A stretch of DNA of 63,266 nucleotides, filler included, from Rhabdomonas costata (lineage: Eukaryota): NCBI GenBank assembly GCA_019059605.1. It is 32 parts of 32 records of this genome, joined end to end, with 100 filler letters (N's around TTAATTAATTAA, not from the genome) between each part and the next. Parts side by side here need not be neighbours in the genome. Positions count along the whole stretch, not along the records: positions 23,781 to 25,661 come from JAHMHO010007819.1; positions 25,762 to 27,643 come from JAHMHO010007820.1; positions 27,744 to 29,623 come from JAHMHO010007821.1; positions 29,724 to 31,604 come from JAHMHO010007822.1; positions 31,705 to 33,583 come from JAHMHO010007823.1; positions 33,684 to 35,565 come from JAHMHO010007824.1; positions 35,666 to 37,545 come from JAHMHO010007825.1; 25 more parts are not named here. One strand, given 5' to 3'. Below, in pieces: positions 24,196 to 36,192 of this stretch (its first letter is position 1; each line of letters starts with the position of its first letter). The position numbers and the translations under genes are program-made. The notes under the pieces were generated by a model. The model did not search any database. It was not told the DNA's origin and saw only the letters and a program-made list of their open reading frames with translations.

Positions 24196-24321
24196 AACCC
24201 CACAGCAACCTGTGCCCCCTCTGAGGCTGCGGCGTTCCACGGCGCTCCCGAGTGCCGTGGAACCCCACAGCAACCTGTGCCCCCTCTGAGGCTGCGGCGT
24301 TCCACGGCGCTCCCGAGTGCC
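24196..24321. repeat. 61-bp direct repeat (period 65)
   Basis: AACCCCACAGCAACC...CCCGAGTGCC at 24196-24256 and 24261-24321. Confidence 0.95.
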
Positions 24322-24716
24322 CGTCGTCGCAGCAGCGTCCGCATCTCAGCCCGATCGTTCGGCGCGCAGGAGGCGGTCTTTGGCCCATGCACCGTTGCGG
24401 AGCTCCGTGAGGTTCGCAAGATTCCGTGACGATGTATAGGATGTGTGTGAACCTGTGGTATGTGATGACTTTGATGGCCTGCCCTGCATCCGTGCCCTGT
24501 ATCAACCCTTTTTTTTCTTAAATCGTTCGCTTTAGAATTTGAGATGATTTTATAGAGTATGCATATCTTACAGGTGACAGAGTCATATGCAATCTTGTGG
24601 AGTTTCATGCTCTCTGTGAAGTTCGCCTGCATTTATCCTGTGGAACACCACCCCCCTTGGCCGCTTTTTACATTAAGAATTCTAAATTTGCGACCTCCCC
24701 AAACCCATGATGCAGG

Positions 24717-25453
24717 CTTGTTCTTTGGGTGGCGCTCAGTGGTTCAAGATCATGCCAAGAACCGGTGCTGTCGCCGCCTCTGGTGAGCCCGCGATCTCCC
24801 GGGCAGCCTTCCTTCAGTTCGGGACGACCCTGCTCAACATCCTGGACTCGGAATTTATCGCAGACCCCGCTGTGGCTATCAAGGTGTGTGATAGCATTTT
24901 CAATGTGAATGGAGTGTCAATCAGCCCTATCGGTGTGAAACATTGGCTTTTCATGTCATGTCTATTCTCCTTGGAGGTGAGGTATTAGTGCCCTGAACCT
25001 CGACTGTATTCTGATTTCTCCGTTTGCTTTGCGGCTTTATCGTGACATTCAAGGCTGTCATCTACTCAGGTTTCCGCTGTTGCTATTCTTTGTTTTTCTA
25101 GGAGGAGTTGGACAGGGTTCCAAGTGCAGAGGCCAAGATTTGCCTGACGGACTTCATCACAATCACGGGAAACCTTCTTCGACAGGTGTTGTTTGATGAT
25201 GTTTTTTTTGCTTCCGAATGACATCGGCGGGTGAAAGCTGGGGTATTGTTTGGTTTTCTTTGGGCAGGCAGTTGGGGACGATGAGTTGGACGACATTCTG
25301 GGAGACAAGTTTGAGGAGTTGAAGCAGGCCGCCTTGGCGGCCTCACGGGGGATGATCGTGGGGTATGCCGTGAGGAGGGACCATCAGACACAAAAACATC
25401 TCACATCAATGACAACACCCAAGGCAAATCAGCTGAGTGTAGAGCAACACTGA
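24717..25453 (+). CDS. Hypothetical protein with degenerate EF-hand-like helices, at least three exons
   Basis: AISRAAFLQFG...AIK|EELDRVPSAEAKICLTDFITITGNLLRQ|AVGDDELDDILGDKFEELKQ joined by phase-0 GT-AG introns. Product uncertain. Confidence 0.45.
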
Positions 25454-25916
25454 GAGCGAAGTGCCCAGCACATCACAAGAATGAGAGGGGAGACGTTCAC
25501 AGTGAAGCCGTAAGTGATTCCCTTTTGGGGGGATTCGCTCGCCACCGCAGGGAAATCCATTTGAGAAATGCGCAAGTTCAGTATCGAAAAGGTTCGGTTA
25601 GCATCCGTATCCGTAGCAGAAGAATTTATCCCCACCCCCCACACCCACACACACCCACCACNNNNNNNNNNNNNNNNNNNNNNNNNNNNNNNNNNNNNNN
25701 NNNNNTTAATTAATTAANNNNNNNNNNNNNNNNNNNNNNNNNNNNNNNNNNNNNNNNNNNNTGTGGTGTGGGCGCATACGCCTTCAACAGGTGCACTGGT
25801 TTTCGGGTTGTTGGGGGTGTTCCCTCGTGGCTGATTGTCGATTTTTCTGGAATGGACATCACTATCATTACCCATCGCTGGTATCCATGATGTGGGTTTC
25901 CTCATGGTGGGTGCAG

Positions 25917-26633
25917 GCAGCTGAAGAAGAGGCTGGCTGTGGTTAACCGACGCCTGGACGACGTCAAGGTCGCAGTGGAGCTGAGTGCCGCCATTGCTAC
26001 GTTTGACTTGGAGCAGCTGGCCTTCCTGGAGGAGATTCAGGTGCGTGAGAATGGGGTACTCCTCGTCCGTCTGATTGGAGTGGCCTTTGCGGAAGTGGAT
26101 TCCATTCCAGGTTCAGGTATGCAAAGAATGGGGCTCCGCACAATCTGAATTGAGCGGCCAGAAGCATACTTTGGGGCGATTGATGATCTGTTGAAGGTGA
26201 ACCGGTCCGTCTATCAAGCTCGTTGCGTGTGTGGTTGATGAGCCTGAGGAAACAAGTAAGCGAGTTCATTCGAGAATTCGAGCTGAATAACTCATCCATT
26301 TTTTGGTGCGGACCATTTTGTCATTTCCCATTGGGATGCTGACTCACGGTGGGAAGGTGCAAAACGGTAACTCGCCTCGACTGTAATCCTCGCCCTGGTC
26401 TTCGCACATCTAAATCCGCGAATAGTGTATCGTTTTTAGATGAAAGATCTTCTCTGCCGACCCCAATCCCTTCCACGGTGCACTCTCAACAGGATCCCAC
26501 CACTACTCAGCAGTCCTGCCTGAAGATTCTGCACAGCCTAAGACTTGTCCGCAAGTACATCCCGCAGGCCGTGCTGCAGCACCTGAAGTCGGAGGGCGAC
26601 GACCACTCTGAGGATGGGGAAGAGAGGAACGGG
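25917..26633 (+). CDS. Region resembling the helical segment upstream of protist class III nucleotide cyclase-like domains; exons 25917-26040 and 26493-26633
   Basis: AVELSAAIATFDLEQLAFLEEIQ|DPTTTQQSCLKILHSLRLVRKYIPQAVL. The L..YRxYLP..L motif typically precedes cyclase domains; the catalytic domain is not in the contig. Confidence 0.5.
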
Positions 26634-28494
26634 GTAATTACCGCGGAGGTGTGCACCGCTCTGCCCTCCCCTTCCCCCCAGCTTAATCGCTTAGTCGCTC
26701 AGAATTGGCGGAGAAGGGCGTTGAGAAGCCCACCTCTCGGATCACTTGTCGACCCCGAAGCAGGAGTGCAATTGACGTTCGTGGGGCGGGATGGTAACGG
26801 TTACTAGTCGTTTGAGGCCCTCCGGGCCACGGTCCCGCCTGCTCCGGCCCCTAAACAAATGCTGTCCACTCGTTCGCCCAAATCCCAGGAATAGTCTGGT
26901 CCTAATCCCGCATCAGTTTTGACGTGCAACCCAAAGCACATCGTGGGACTTTTATTCTTTGACTTAGGGACAGTTGTGTCTGTTTGTTTGTTCGTGTTTG
27001 CTTATCTTTGTGCTATGTAAAGACAGAAAAGAAACACACACGTGAAGGAGAGCGATGATGGAAAGAAAAGAAAAGCTGCCCCTAACCTAAGACGCGCGTA
27101 GCCTGGGTGCTCGCACGAAGGGTCCTATAGCTCTGTTGTCAGACGTGGGGTGCCGGCTCACCAGACAACAGGCCAAGACCCTCCGCCTGCCCCACCTGTC
27201 CCAGGCTTATGTACACAATTGCGCGAAAGAAACTCTGTGTCCTCCCCAACCGGCGCCCAACACTGGGGCGAGAAACCCTTGTCAGCGCCCAGCACTGGCA
27301 CAGGTAACCTAACCCAACCCCCTTACTTTCTAAAATCATTTCGAGGGTGCGGGCATTAGTTATGTGGTCTATTTAAGTTAAAGTGAGAGCAATTATGAGC
27401 ATGTTTTCTGTTACCAGTGACAACAGTAACTTCTTTTCCTCTCCCTCCCCACAAGGTAAATTGAGGGAAGCAGTAAAGCTAGTTTAAGAGCAATGAGGGT
27501 GGGACCTCAGGGACCCTTCCTTTGGTGATTCTCTGCATTTTGATGCAGTGGACCGGGTTTATCACAGCGGTTTTTTATGGTTCAAGTCAAGATTCTCTCC
27601 CCGTAGGAAACAGAATCGAAGCTGGCGACATTCCCCCCATTGCNNNNNNNNNNNNNNNNNNNNNNNNNNNNNNNNNNNNNNNNNNNNTTAATTAATTAAN
27701 NNNNNNNNNNNNNNNNNNNNNNNNNNNNNNNNNNNNNNNNNNNTTGTGGGTTTTCTATTGACAGCATGTTCTGCATGATGTCGGCAAACATAATCGTGCA
27801 CTCCCGTCTGCCGACATCATGCAGAACATGCTGTCAATAGAAAACTAGGTAGCAGATACTATCCTACACCTTGCTCCTTCCACTGTCACTGCACCCACAC
27901 CTCTTTCAGGAGCGTGTCAGTGGCCCTGGGGGACCATCACCCGCTGCCACTGCTGCTGCTTCCCCCAGCTCCCGCGTTCGCGCTGGTCGCAGCGGGGGCC
28001 GCGGTAGCGCTGGGGTCGATGTGAATCCGACGCCTTCTCTTCTCCAGGAACTTCTCCGAAGAGAGGAATTTGTGCTCCTTCTTTTCCTAAGTATTTTTGG
28101 AGGGAGGGTGGGAGAGGGTATGGACAGGGCAGTGAGCGATCAACGGGAAGGAAGGAAGCACAAGGAACAGCAAAGTTATCAACCCGGAGAAGCCACAGGA
28201 ATGGAATCATTGAGATACAGTCTTTCTGTTGACACTTAACGGCAACAATGCCGACAAAAGCGAGTGCTTTTATGCTGGTTTCTGTGTCCCATAAAACGAC
28301 GTTGCTCGCAAGGGGTATACAGTTATTCTTGCAACACACTCCTCAATGAGTTCCCCACAAGCAGACACAATCCAGACGGCAGTTACCAGAACAGCTTGGA
28401 TAAACATGATGTTCAGGTCAACACGAACACGCTCTCCGTCGTTGGACGGGATGACGTCCTCAGATCCTGCCTGAAGATGCACAGATGCATCCGC

Positions 28495-28552
28495 AGTGAG
28501 TGAGTGAGTGAGTGAGTAAGTGAGTGAGTGAGTGAGTGGATGGGTGGGTGAG
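28495..28552. repeat. (GTGA)n microsatellite
   Basis: Imperfect run gtgagtgagtgagt... Confidence 0.95.
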
Positions 28553-29270
28553 TGCGTGTGAAGAAGAGGCAGCAGAGGCAAAGCCAGAGAGAGAAAGCAG
28601 ATTCGTGGAGGCCAACTTGCCGCGCCCGAGCAGAGCAAATCAGGGAAACACCAAAAAATGGTAGGGGTAAAAAAAGAAGCTGCAAAGCCCTGCAACCATC
28701 TCAATTTCGTGAAAAAAAACCATTTCCCTTTCACAAACAAATGCCCCCAACCGAAAAAGGAGCCAGCACTGCCCTGGAAGGAATGAAGGGCGGGGAGGGG
28801 GGCCGTGGGCTCGGAAGACCTCCAAGCTGCCGCGGTCGCGGAACCAAAAGTTGTACCGCGAGTGGAAGCTTCCGCAGGAGACGCTCCACTGCACCCTTAC
28901 AGAAGCGTCCGAGACGCACCGCAGGAAGATACCCAGCCTGTGCAGCGCAGGTACAGTGCAGCACGCACGCACTGCAACCCTCACCTCTGTGCACGCACCG
29001 TCAAACCACTGAAAGCCTCTCAAAGGGAAGACACCGTATCCCGCATACATCCTGTGCCTGCGTTTCCCACCTGGGTGTGGCCTTGGTGGGTGGGGTGGGA
29101 GTGAGAGTGGTAGTGGGGAAAGCGATTACCTTCACTGGATCTCAACCTTTTTCGTCCTCCAAGGGTGAAGCGTAAAATGGGGGAAAGAGTCACAACAAGG
29201 TCAGGGGGGACCAAACCCGCAGAGGAACAGGCAGAAACCAGTTGAGCGCATCTCTCAACAATAATTATTT

Positions 29271-29532
29271 GGCATAGGTATAGCAGTGTTCCCTTCTAAT
29301 AGGATAAGTTCCCGGGGAGGTTCCGGAGGTTCCCCCCGGAACCCCCTCCGGTATTAAGTCTCCCTAACCCGTTTAAACTGATTTTAACGAGATCTCGGAG
29401 GAGGATACAACGCTTTCTAATCCTGCAAAACAGAAATAAAAACACCGATCTACAGCACCAGGACATCAAAAAGTGTCAACATTGGGAATAAAAACACGTG
29501 GGAGAAAAAAGGAACACTGCTATACCTGTGCC
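29271..29532. mobile_element. 262-bp MITE with 22-bp TIRs and 8-bp TSD (Merlin-like)
   Basis: Left GGCATAGGTATAGCAGTGTTCC (29271-29292), right GGAACACTGCTATACCTGTGCC (29511-29532), one mismatch. AATTATTT flanks both sides (29263-29270 and 29533-29540). Confidence 0.9.
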
Positions 29533-29982
29533 AATTATTTATAGCGTCACTCATTGTTGCGCCCCCAAAAGTGCACGGCCAGGAGGGACATGCTAGCATC
29601 ATAGTTTGCAATCCACCACCAACNNNNNNNNNNNNNNNNNNNNNNNNNNNNNNNNNNNNNNNNNNNNTTAATTAATTAANNNNNNNNNNNNNNNNNNNNN
29701 NNNNNNNNNNNNNNNNNNNNNNNACCGGCCACGAAGTGTTTCGGGATGCCCACTGTTTCGAACTGTCTCATTTAAAAAATCTTGTGGAACTCTCTCGGTC
29801 GATGTGCACACGTTTCTGTGCGTCGTCAGAGCATTGAAATTGGGAACCTAAAAGAATAATGCAACTCTGCTGGGGTGCAACGTAACAAATCTTCAGCGCT
29901 GTTATATGCATGCCTTTGTGCCGTTCTCCTGCTCCTTCTGCTCATTAATCTTTCTTGCACCCCCGTTTTCGCGGGTTTCCAG

Positions 29983-31114
29983 AGGATGCCCTGGTGGAGC
30001 AGCTCCTCACCCCGGAAAACCTCGCCGGGGACCTGCCCGAGGACGAACTCCACGGGCTGTTCCGCAACCTGGGCCGAACCTTCTCGGACACAGACCTCTC
30101 GAGCTGCGGGGAGGGTTCCCTAAACAGCTGGGACCCTGGCTCCCCAGTCGGACCACCCTCCACGACCTCCACGGCCCATGGCTCAGCAGACGCCAAGGCG
30201 GACTACGTGGCATACTCGGTGGAGCTTGTGGTGGAGCGGGGCAGCTTGGAGCTGAAGGACAGCGCCGAGGCCCCGACCTTTGTCACGGTGTGAAGGAGAA
30301 AATGGAGGAGGTTTATGTTAAAACTAGACCCCATGCACACACACCATCTTCCCTATGAACCACCTGGTTCACGAACGTGAACCAGCAACTGTCGGGAACA
30401 AAGTTTGAGTGTAGGTACATTTCGGGAGGGGAGTGGCTCCGGGTCTCACCGATCTGGCCTTTCATCCCAATTTGGAGAGAGAATCAAGGCCATATGTTTC
30501 ACGGGTAGGGGGGTCATCTCACATTTCACGCCGAGGAAGGGAGGCCAAGGAAGCGATGACATCCTTTCGGGTCCGGACCTTGGCTGGGTTCCACCGTAGC
30601 CTCCCGCACCGCAAACAAACCAGATCCGTCAGAGAGGCATGCCCCTAACATCCTTCTACGGCTAGGAAATGCGGCAGTGCGTAGGTGCCGATTTGTGACC
30701 ATAATGACTGGCACTCTACTCATTTCTGGACACGAAGATCCCAGCACACTGCTACACAACTTGCACGCCACCGTCAGTATGCCGCTAGCCCTACTGACAT
30801 CCTGCTCTGCAAAACGGGGATGACCCCCGTGATGGTATTGTTCCCAGGAGCCGTTCGGTCCGCGTGCGAGCGGGCTTTGAGGTCACTGCTACGGATAGGA
30901 GCCAGAGATTTTTTTCCTCGCAGCTGTCGGGCCATGACTTTGCCCTCCGGGTGGACCTGAGGAAGGCCTCCGCGACGGTCACTGCCTCGCTGTCTTCCGT
31001 GGAGCTGCTGAGCCCCCAGACCGAGCTCTGCCGCGCTCTTGTGCACCGTGTGCCTGGGCCTTCGCCTCCGCCTGGAGAGACGCCTGCTCAGGAAAGGCTC
31101 CTTCAGCTGACGGG
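29983..31114 (+). CDS. VPS13-like bridge lipid-transfer protein, N-terminal region; exons 29983-30287 and 30924-31114
   Basis: LPEDELHGLFRNLG...DYVAYSVELVVERGSLEL...FVT|LSGHDFALRVDLRKASATVTASLSSVEL...LLQL resembles VPS13 (L..EE...LY.AIG...YV...V...L..GSL.L) with alternating beta strands. Phase-0 GT-AG intron. Confidence 0.55.
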
Positions 31115-32468
31115 GTGTGCTTAGGGGAAGTGTAATTGGAGTTCAAGATACTTCTCACATCTTGGTGGTTTATCACGATCCTTCATGCCTCGTTTCCGGA
31201 GCGTGGGTTTATGTTTTAGCTTGTACAACCTTAGCGGGAGGGGGGGGTAGCCGAAAGTCGGTTTGCGTCATCGCGGTTTGAGTAGAACTGCATCTGTCTC
31301 TTTGTTCCCGTAACGAAAGGTAGTGTAGTGTAGGGTTTAGATACGAGAAAAACGGGAAATGTCCGTGTGTGTGTGTGTCTGTCTGTGTGTGTGTGTGTTT
31401 CTGCGCTTCTCTTTTTTTGCGCGAAGTAGTCGGCGTTTCAAGCCTCCGTCGGGCCTTCAAGCCCCAGATTTGTGGGGTGGGCTATCCGATGGAAAAATTC
31501 CGGGGCAAAAATTCGACAATTTTAATTTTTCGAACCTAATACCCCTCATGAAAATTTTCGATTTTTTGGCCCGCGGACATTGCCGAATTTTTTTCCCAAA
31601 ACCCNNNNNNNNNNNNNNNNNNNNNNNNNNNNNNNNNNNNNNNNNNNNTTAATTAATTAANNNNNNNNNNNNNNNNNNNNNNNNNNNNNNNNNNNNNNNN
31701 NNNNAAGCTCTGCTACTGTTCACTCTGCACCCTGTCAATTTCAATGGGCCCCGCTGTATTGAAGGAGATGGACGCTCGACGGCTGAAACATCTCGAAGCA
31801 CTGGGACTCCTCCTAAGTTCTCAGGGGTGCTGAATGAAAACCCGAGATGAAGGGATTTGCTCTGTCAACATTTTTTGGGGTGTCCTATTGCTTCCCTTGG
31901 TGTGACGTTTTAGTATGAATATCAAACGCCGTGCGGAGAGAGGAGGTACAGAAGAATGCGCATTGATTGCCTTTTTTTTTACCGAATTGATCTGCTTCGC
32001 TGTTGTAACTGTTATGGAGAGAAATTCGCAAATTCGCAAATAAGGGGGGAATGTGCCCGGATACGGTTCCCGCGACCGCATTGTGGACTACATGCCGAAT
32101 CACCAACTGGTCACACCTGAAATTGTTAACAACAATGGTGCTAATTGGGTCATGTGTTTTTTGTGGGAACCTAGAGTTTCACATCTTTTAACATTCAATC
32201 TTCCTTCATTATGTTTCTTCAATAGTTGACCTGCTTTCCTTCTTTCCTCTGATTATCATATGCCGAAGAAGAAAGGTCCAGCCAGCTACAAGCTGGTCGG
32301 GGCTTCTCCTGACTCTCCCGTCCCTCAAGACCGCAGCAAAGACGAAACGTATGCATTTGGCAGCGTTTTTTCGCTTGCTTGCTTTAGTTTTGCTCTGATT
32401 GTTTGCAGCCAAGATATATAATATAATATATAATTTTCACTACTTGTTTTTTGTTTACCATTTTTCAG

Positions 32469-32905
32469 TGAAGCCCAGAGTCCGGAGTATGCCTCTGAAT
32501 CCTCTCGTCCCAGCGAAATTCCAACTCAAGAAACCCCGGAAGCCCCCAGCGTAGAGAAGGCTGAGCCCGCGAGTAATGGTGTGGAGACCCCTCATGATAC
32601 AGCTTGTGCCGAAGAAGCTGAGCACAGCTCTGAGAAGCGTTCACAGGGGGACAGTGGCAAGGACGCCGTGCAGGACGCCTGCAGCGGGGAGACGGGGTCC
32701 CATAGCGCGCAGGTAGGTTCTTCTGCAGCGGGTGGTGCCACTCCTGAGGAATCTTCTGCCGAAGCTGCTCAAGAGGCTCCAGCGACCAAGGCTCCCCTGG
32801 GGACAACGTCAACCGACTCCTCCCACAACGAAGCGGAGGAAAAGGCGGAGGTCAAGAAGGAGGTTGAAAAAGAGCATACTCCTACGTCATCTTGCCCTGT
32901 TGCAG
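32469..32905 (+). CDS. Low-complexity acidic exon of an unknown protein
   Basis: E/A/S-rich open frame after a strong ttttttcag acceptor. 3' border uncertain. Confidence 0.4.
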
Positions 32906-35665
32906 GTTTGCTGAGTTGGGGGGGGGGCGTGGTGCTCAGTCTTTTATTGTGTCCCTTGTACTGCGCATCCGTTCGTGCTGCTTTGTATGATTATACTCCG
33001 CTCGCACAGGTGACAAGCCTGCATGGCCGAAGACGGTCAGCTTTGCCAGTGACACAAAGCAGGTTTTGGGGGAAGTCATTGGCAACGGGAGGGAGGGAGG
33101 AACGGATTGGTTGCCCGACGGTGTCAGCCTAGAGATTGTCATTCTCTCATCCTTCACAGTCAACGTCTCTCTTTTTTTTGAAATCGGCTCATTCGCGCAC
33201 AACGTATAATGATGGACACCTCCGTTCTTTCTTTTCCCACGGAAGTTTGACGAATGCGTCGACACTGAAAAGATTTCATACATTCGTCCGACATCTCTTC
33301 CCCTTTGCGCGAATTTTTATGACTGACGCAACCAACTTGGGAAATATGGCGGTGTTGTTGTGATGCACTGTCTTGTTTATCAAGCTGTCTCTGTTTTGGA
33401 CCTTTATTTGACGGCAATGTGACAGCATACACCCACTCACCTGCTCAGCTCGGATCTGGAGAAGTGGCCTTGAGATGTTTTTTTACCGCATGCCACGATT
33501 CTTCTTTTCTGCGGGTGCCGTGCAATGCGCAGCCGGAGGTCCCCGCAGAAAAGAAGAATCGTGGCATGCGGTAAAAAACCACCNNNNNNNNNNNNNNNNN
33601 NNNNNNNNNNNNNNNNNNNNNNNNNNNTTAATTAATTAANNNNNNNNNNNNNNNNNNNNNNNNNNNNNNNNNNNNNNNNNNNNGGGGTGGGGGGTATTCC
33701 AACTTAAACATGTGACACACAGCAAGGCGTCGTGCGCCAGATGTTTAAGTTGGAATATCCCCCCAGTTTTTTCTCTGTGAGAATTTCCGCACGCATCTTT
33801 TTACCCCCACTTCTGATGAAGGCTGGTGGGTCAATCGGGAACTTTGATGGAATGGTCGCATTTTACCATCATCATGTCACAAGAGGGTACATTGGGTGGT
33901 ATGATGCTTTGATGGAGGCTGGGTCCCTCCCGTTGGAATTTCCGTTGGGGTGTTTGGTTTTTTGTTTCTTCCTTTGGGTGTTGGATTTCGGATGTTGGTA
34001 TTTGGTTCTTCGGTCTTTGGTAATGAGTCGCGTCTTTGTGTTCGGGTTCACTCTTCGGAGGTTGGTCTTTTCTTTCAGTCTTCGCTTTCGGTTCTTCGGA
34101 AGTCCTTCTGGATCTCCATTCTGTAGTTGGTCCTATACGTACGGCCAACGCTGCAAAGCTACCTTAAAAGCCAGGGGAACGCAAGGGATCTGAGGTACTA
34201 AGGAATATGTCAGCCACGCTGCCATTGACCCGAAATTGGTGTATGTGTCGCGAAAAATGACAAAAGTTAAGTCTTTTTGACTTGTAAAATGACACGTGAG
34301 TTGTGTTGACATCATAGATAAAGAGAGAGGTGAGATCTCAGCCACCCAGTGTTTGTTTAAGTTTGCTTATCCATGTTGCTAGTGTTTGGTGAGTGGTTCT
34401 GGTGGTCAGTGGTTCTGTAATGCGTGGTCTGTAGTCGTTTGGGTTCGTGTCTCGGGTTCTGGTTCTGTGAGTGTGACTTCGGTGAGGGTAGTGTTGGTAT
34501 CGCGTTGAGGGTACGTGTGTGTTGGGGTTGCGCGTGATGGGTGAGGGGTTCGCGTGTCGTGCTGAGTGGTTGCGTGGGAGGGTGTAGGTGCTGTAGTGGT
34601 TCTGTGCTTCGGTTGTTCATGCGTAGATGCTGGGTTGGTATCGTGTTCTGTGTTCGTGCTGCAACGCTTCCTAGTCAACCATATCTGTAGTGCTTTCCCA
34701 TCTCACTGGTGTCTCGTCGTTGTGTGACCTTCCCAATGATCCAGTGTTTCTATCGTTGGTACGGTGTCTTTTGTCGAGAGGGGTGGCGGTGATTGGATAT
34801 GAGACCTATGAGACCATGCAAGAGGCGCTATCCGCAACAGCTACGACCTGGGAAACGACACCAACACGAGTACACACGACAAGCTGAGATCCCACGTAGG
34901 AAACAAGGAAATGGAATGTGGGGTACTACGTGGAAGTCCGCTGGTAACAGGTGAGCTAAGGTGGTGGATGATATGCACAGGTTGCTCAAAGACACACACT
35001 GAGGTGAGGCTGAGTTGGCATGTGGCGAGTCATGGGCGCACCTCACAGGTTTTCACACGTTCATGACCCCATGTATCCAGAGATACTACACCATCATGGT
35101 AGTATGCTAAGCACAAACTTATGGCATGTTACTCTATTAGTAGTGTTACGCGTACCCTATGGATGGTAGTGGTAGAGCGTAACGGTAGAGGCGTGGGAGG
35201 AACATCCAACCCTTCACCTGATGCACTTTCCCTACTGTAAGGTGGTCGTGGCAGTGTTGGTGCTAGAATAGTGCCCATCCCAACCAGTGACGTGATAAGG
35301 GTATAACCACACTGTCAACCCACCAACTGTCTTGATGTTGGTACGATGCTAGTGCTGATGCTGTTACGCCCACTGCTGGTGGTCGAGTAATGGTTGATCC
35401 TGGTAGCGACGATGCCTACCGGTGTGATGCCTGATGGTGGAAGTGCCGAAGTACCGGTGTGGATTCCTCAGTCACTCTCACTCACAGCATCAACGCACCA
35501 GAGGAAACATGCTACTGGTGTCAGTGTCCTGGATGTCAACCCACACAGAGGGAGGGTAAGGCGTANNNNNNNNNNNNNNNNNNNNNNNNNNNNNNNNNNN
35601 NNNNNNNNNTTAATTAATTAANNNNNNNNNNNNNNNNNNNNNNNNNNNNNNNNNNNNNNNNNNNN

Positions 35666-36192
35666 CTGCTGAGCTTCCAGCACCATGATTCGGTGCTGTC
35701 AGTTCAGTTCAGCTCAGACAGCACCAAGGCACGTGACCTTGCACTCCTTCCGGCTATGTGTCCTTCGCGTACTTTCATGACTCTCCGAATAGTAGAGCTG
35801 CGTCTTGTTTCAGGTTTTCTTTGTGATAAGATTGCGGCACCCCTTCTTAGGTCCTCTCCGGTTGTGCAGACCACACCGCCGTGCTTTGGGATGTTCGCAC
35901 TGGGCAGCTCGAAGCGACCCTCCGCGGGCATCGCTATGTAGTGGAGGAGGCGGTTTTTGTTGATCCATCAGAGCGGCGGATACTCACTGCGAGCTGGGAC
36001 CGCACGGTAAAGCTCTGGGACCTGCGGCAGGGGACTGAGCTCGCCACTCTGAGTGGTCACTCTGCTCAAGTCAGGTGCTGCGCCGTAAGCGGTGAGATTG
36101 CCGCCAGCGGCGATCGGGACGGTGCACTAAAGATGTGGCGACTGCCTCCGGAATGTTCCGTGGGGAAATGCAATAGTTCCTTCGGGCCCTGA
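35666..36192 (+). CDS. WD40-repeat protein, C-terminal exons 35666-35728 and 35851-36192
   Basis: HHDSVLSVQFSSDSTK|VLSGCADHTAVLWDVRTG...LRGH...ILTASWDRTVKLWDL...LSGHSAQVRCCAV...AASGDRDGALKMW. The intron is GC-AG. Confidence 0.93.

Noticed and set aside
32978-33009. ALYDYTPLAQ as the start of an SH3 domain
   Set aside because: No in-frame acceptor upstream and no further SH3 motifs in the contig.
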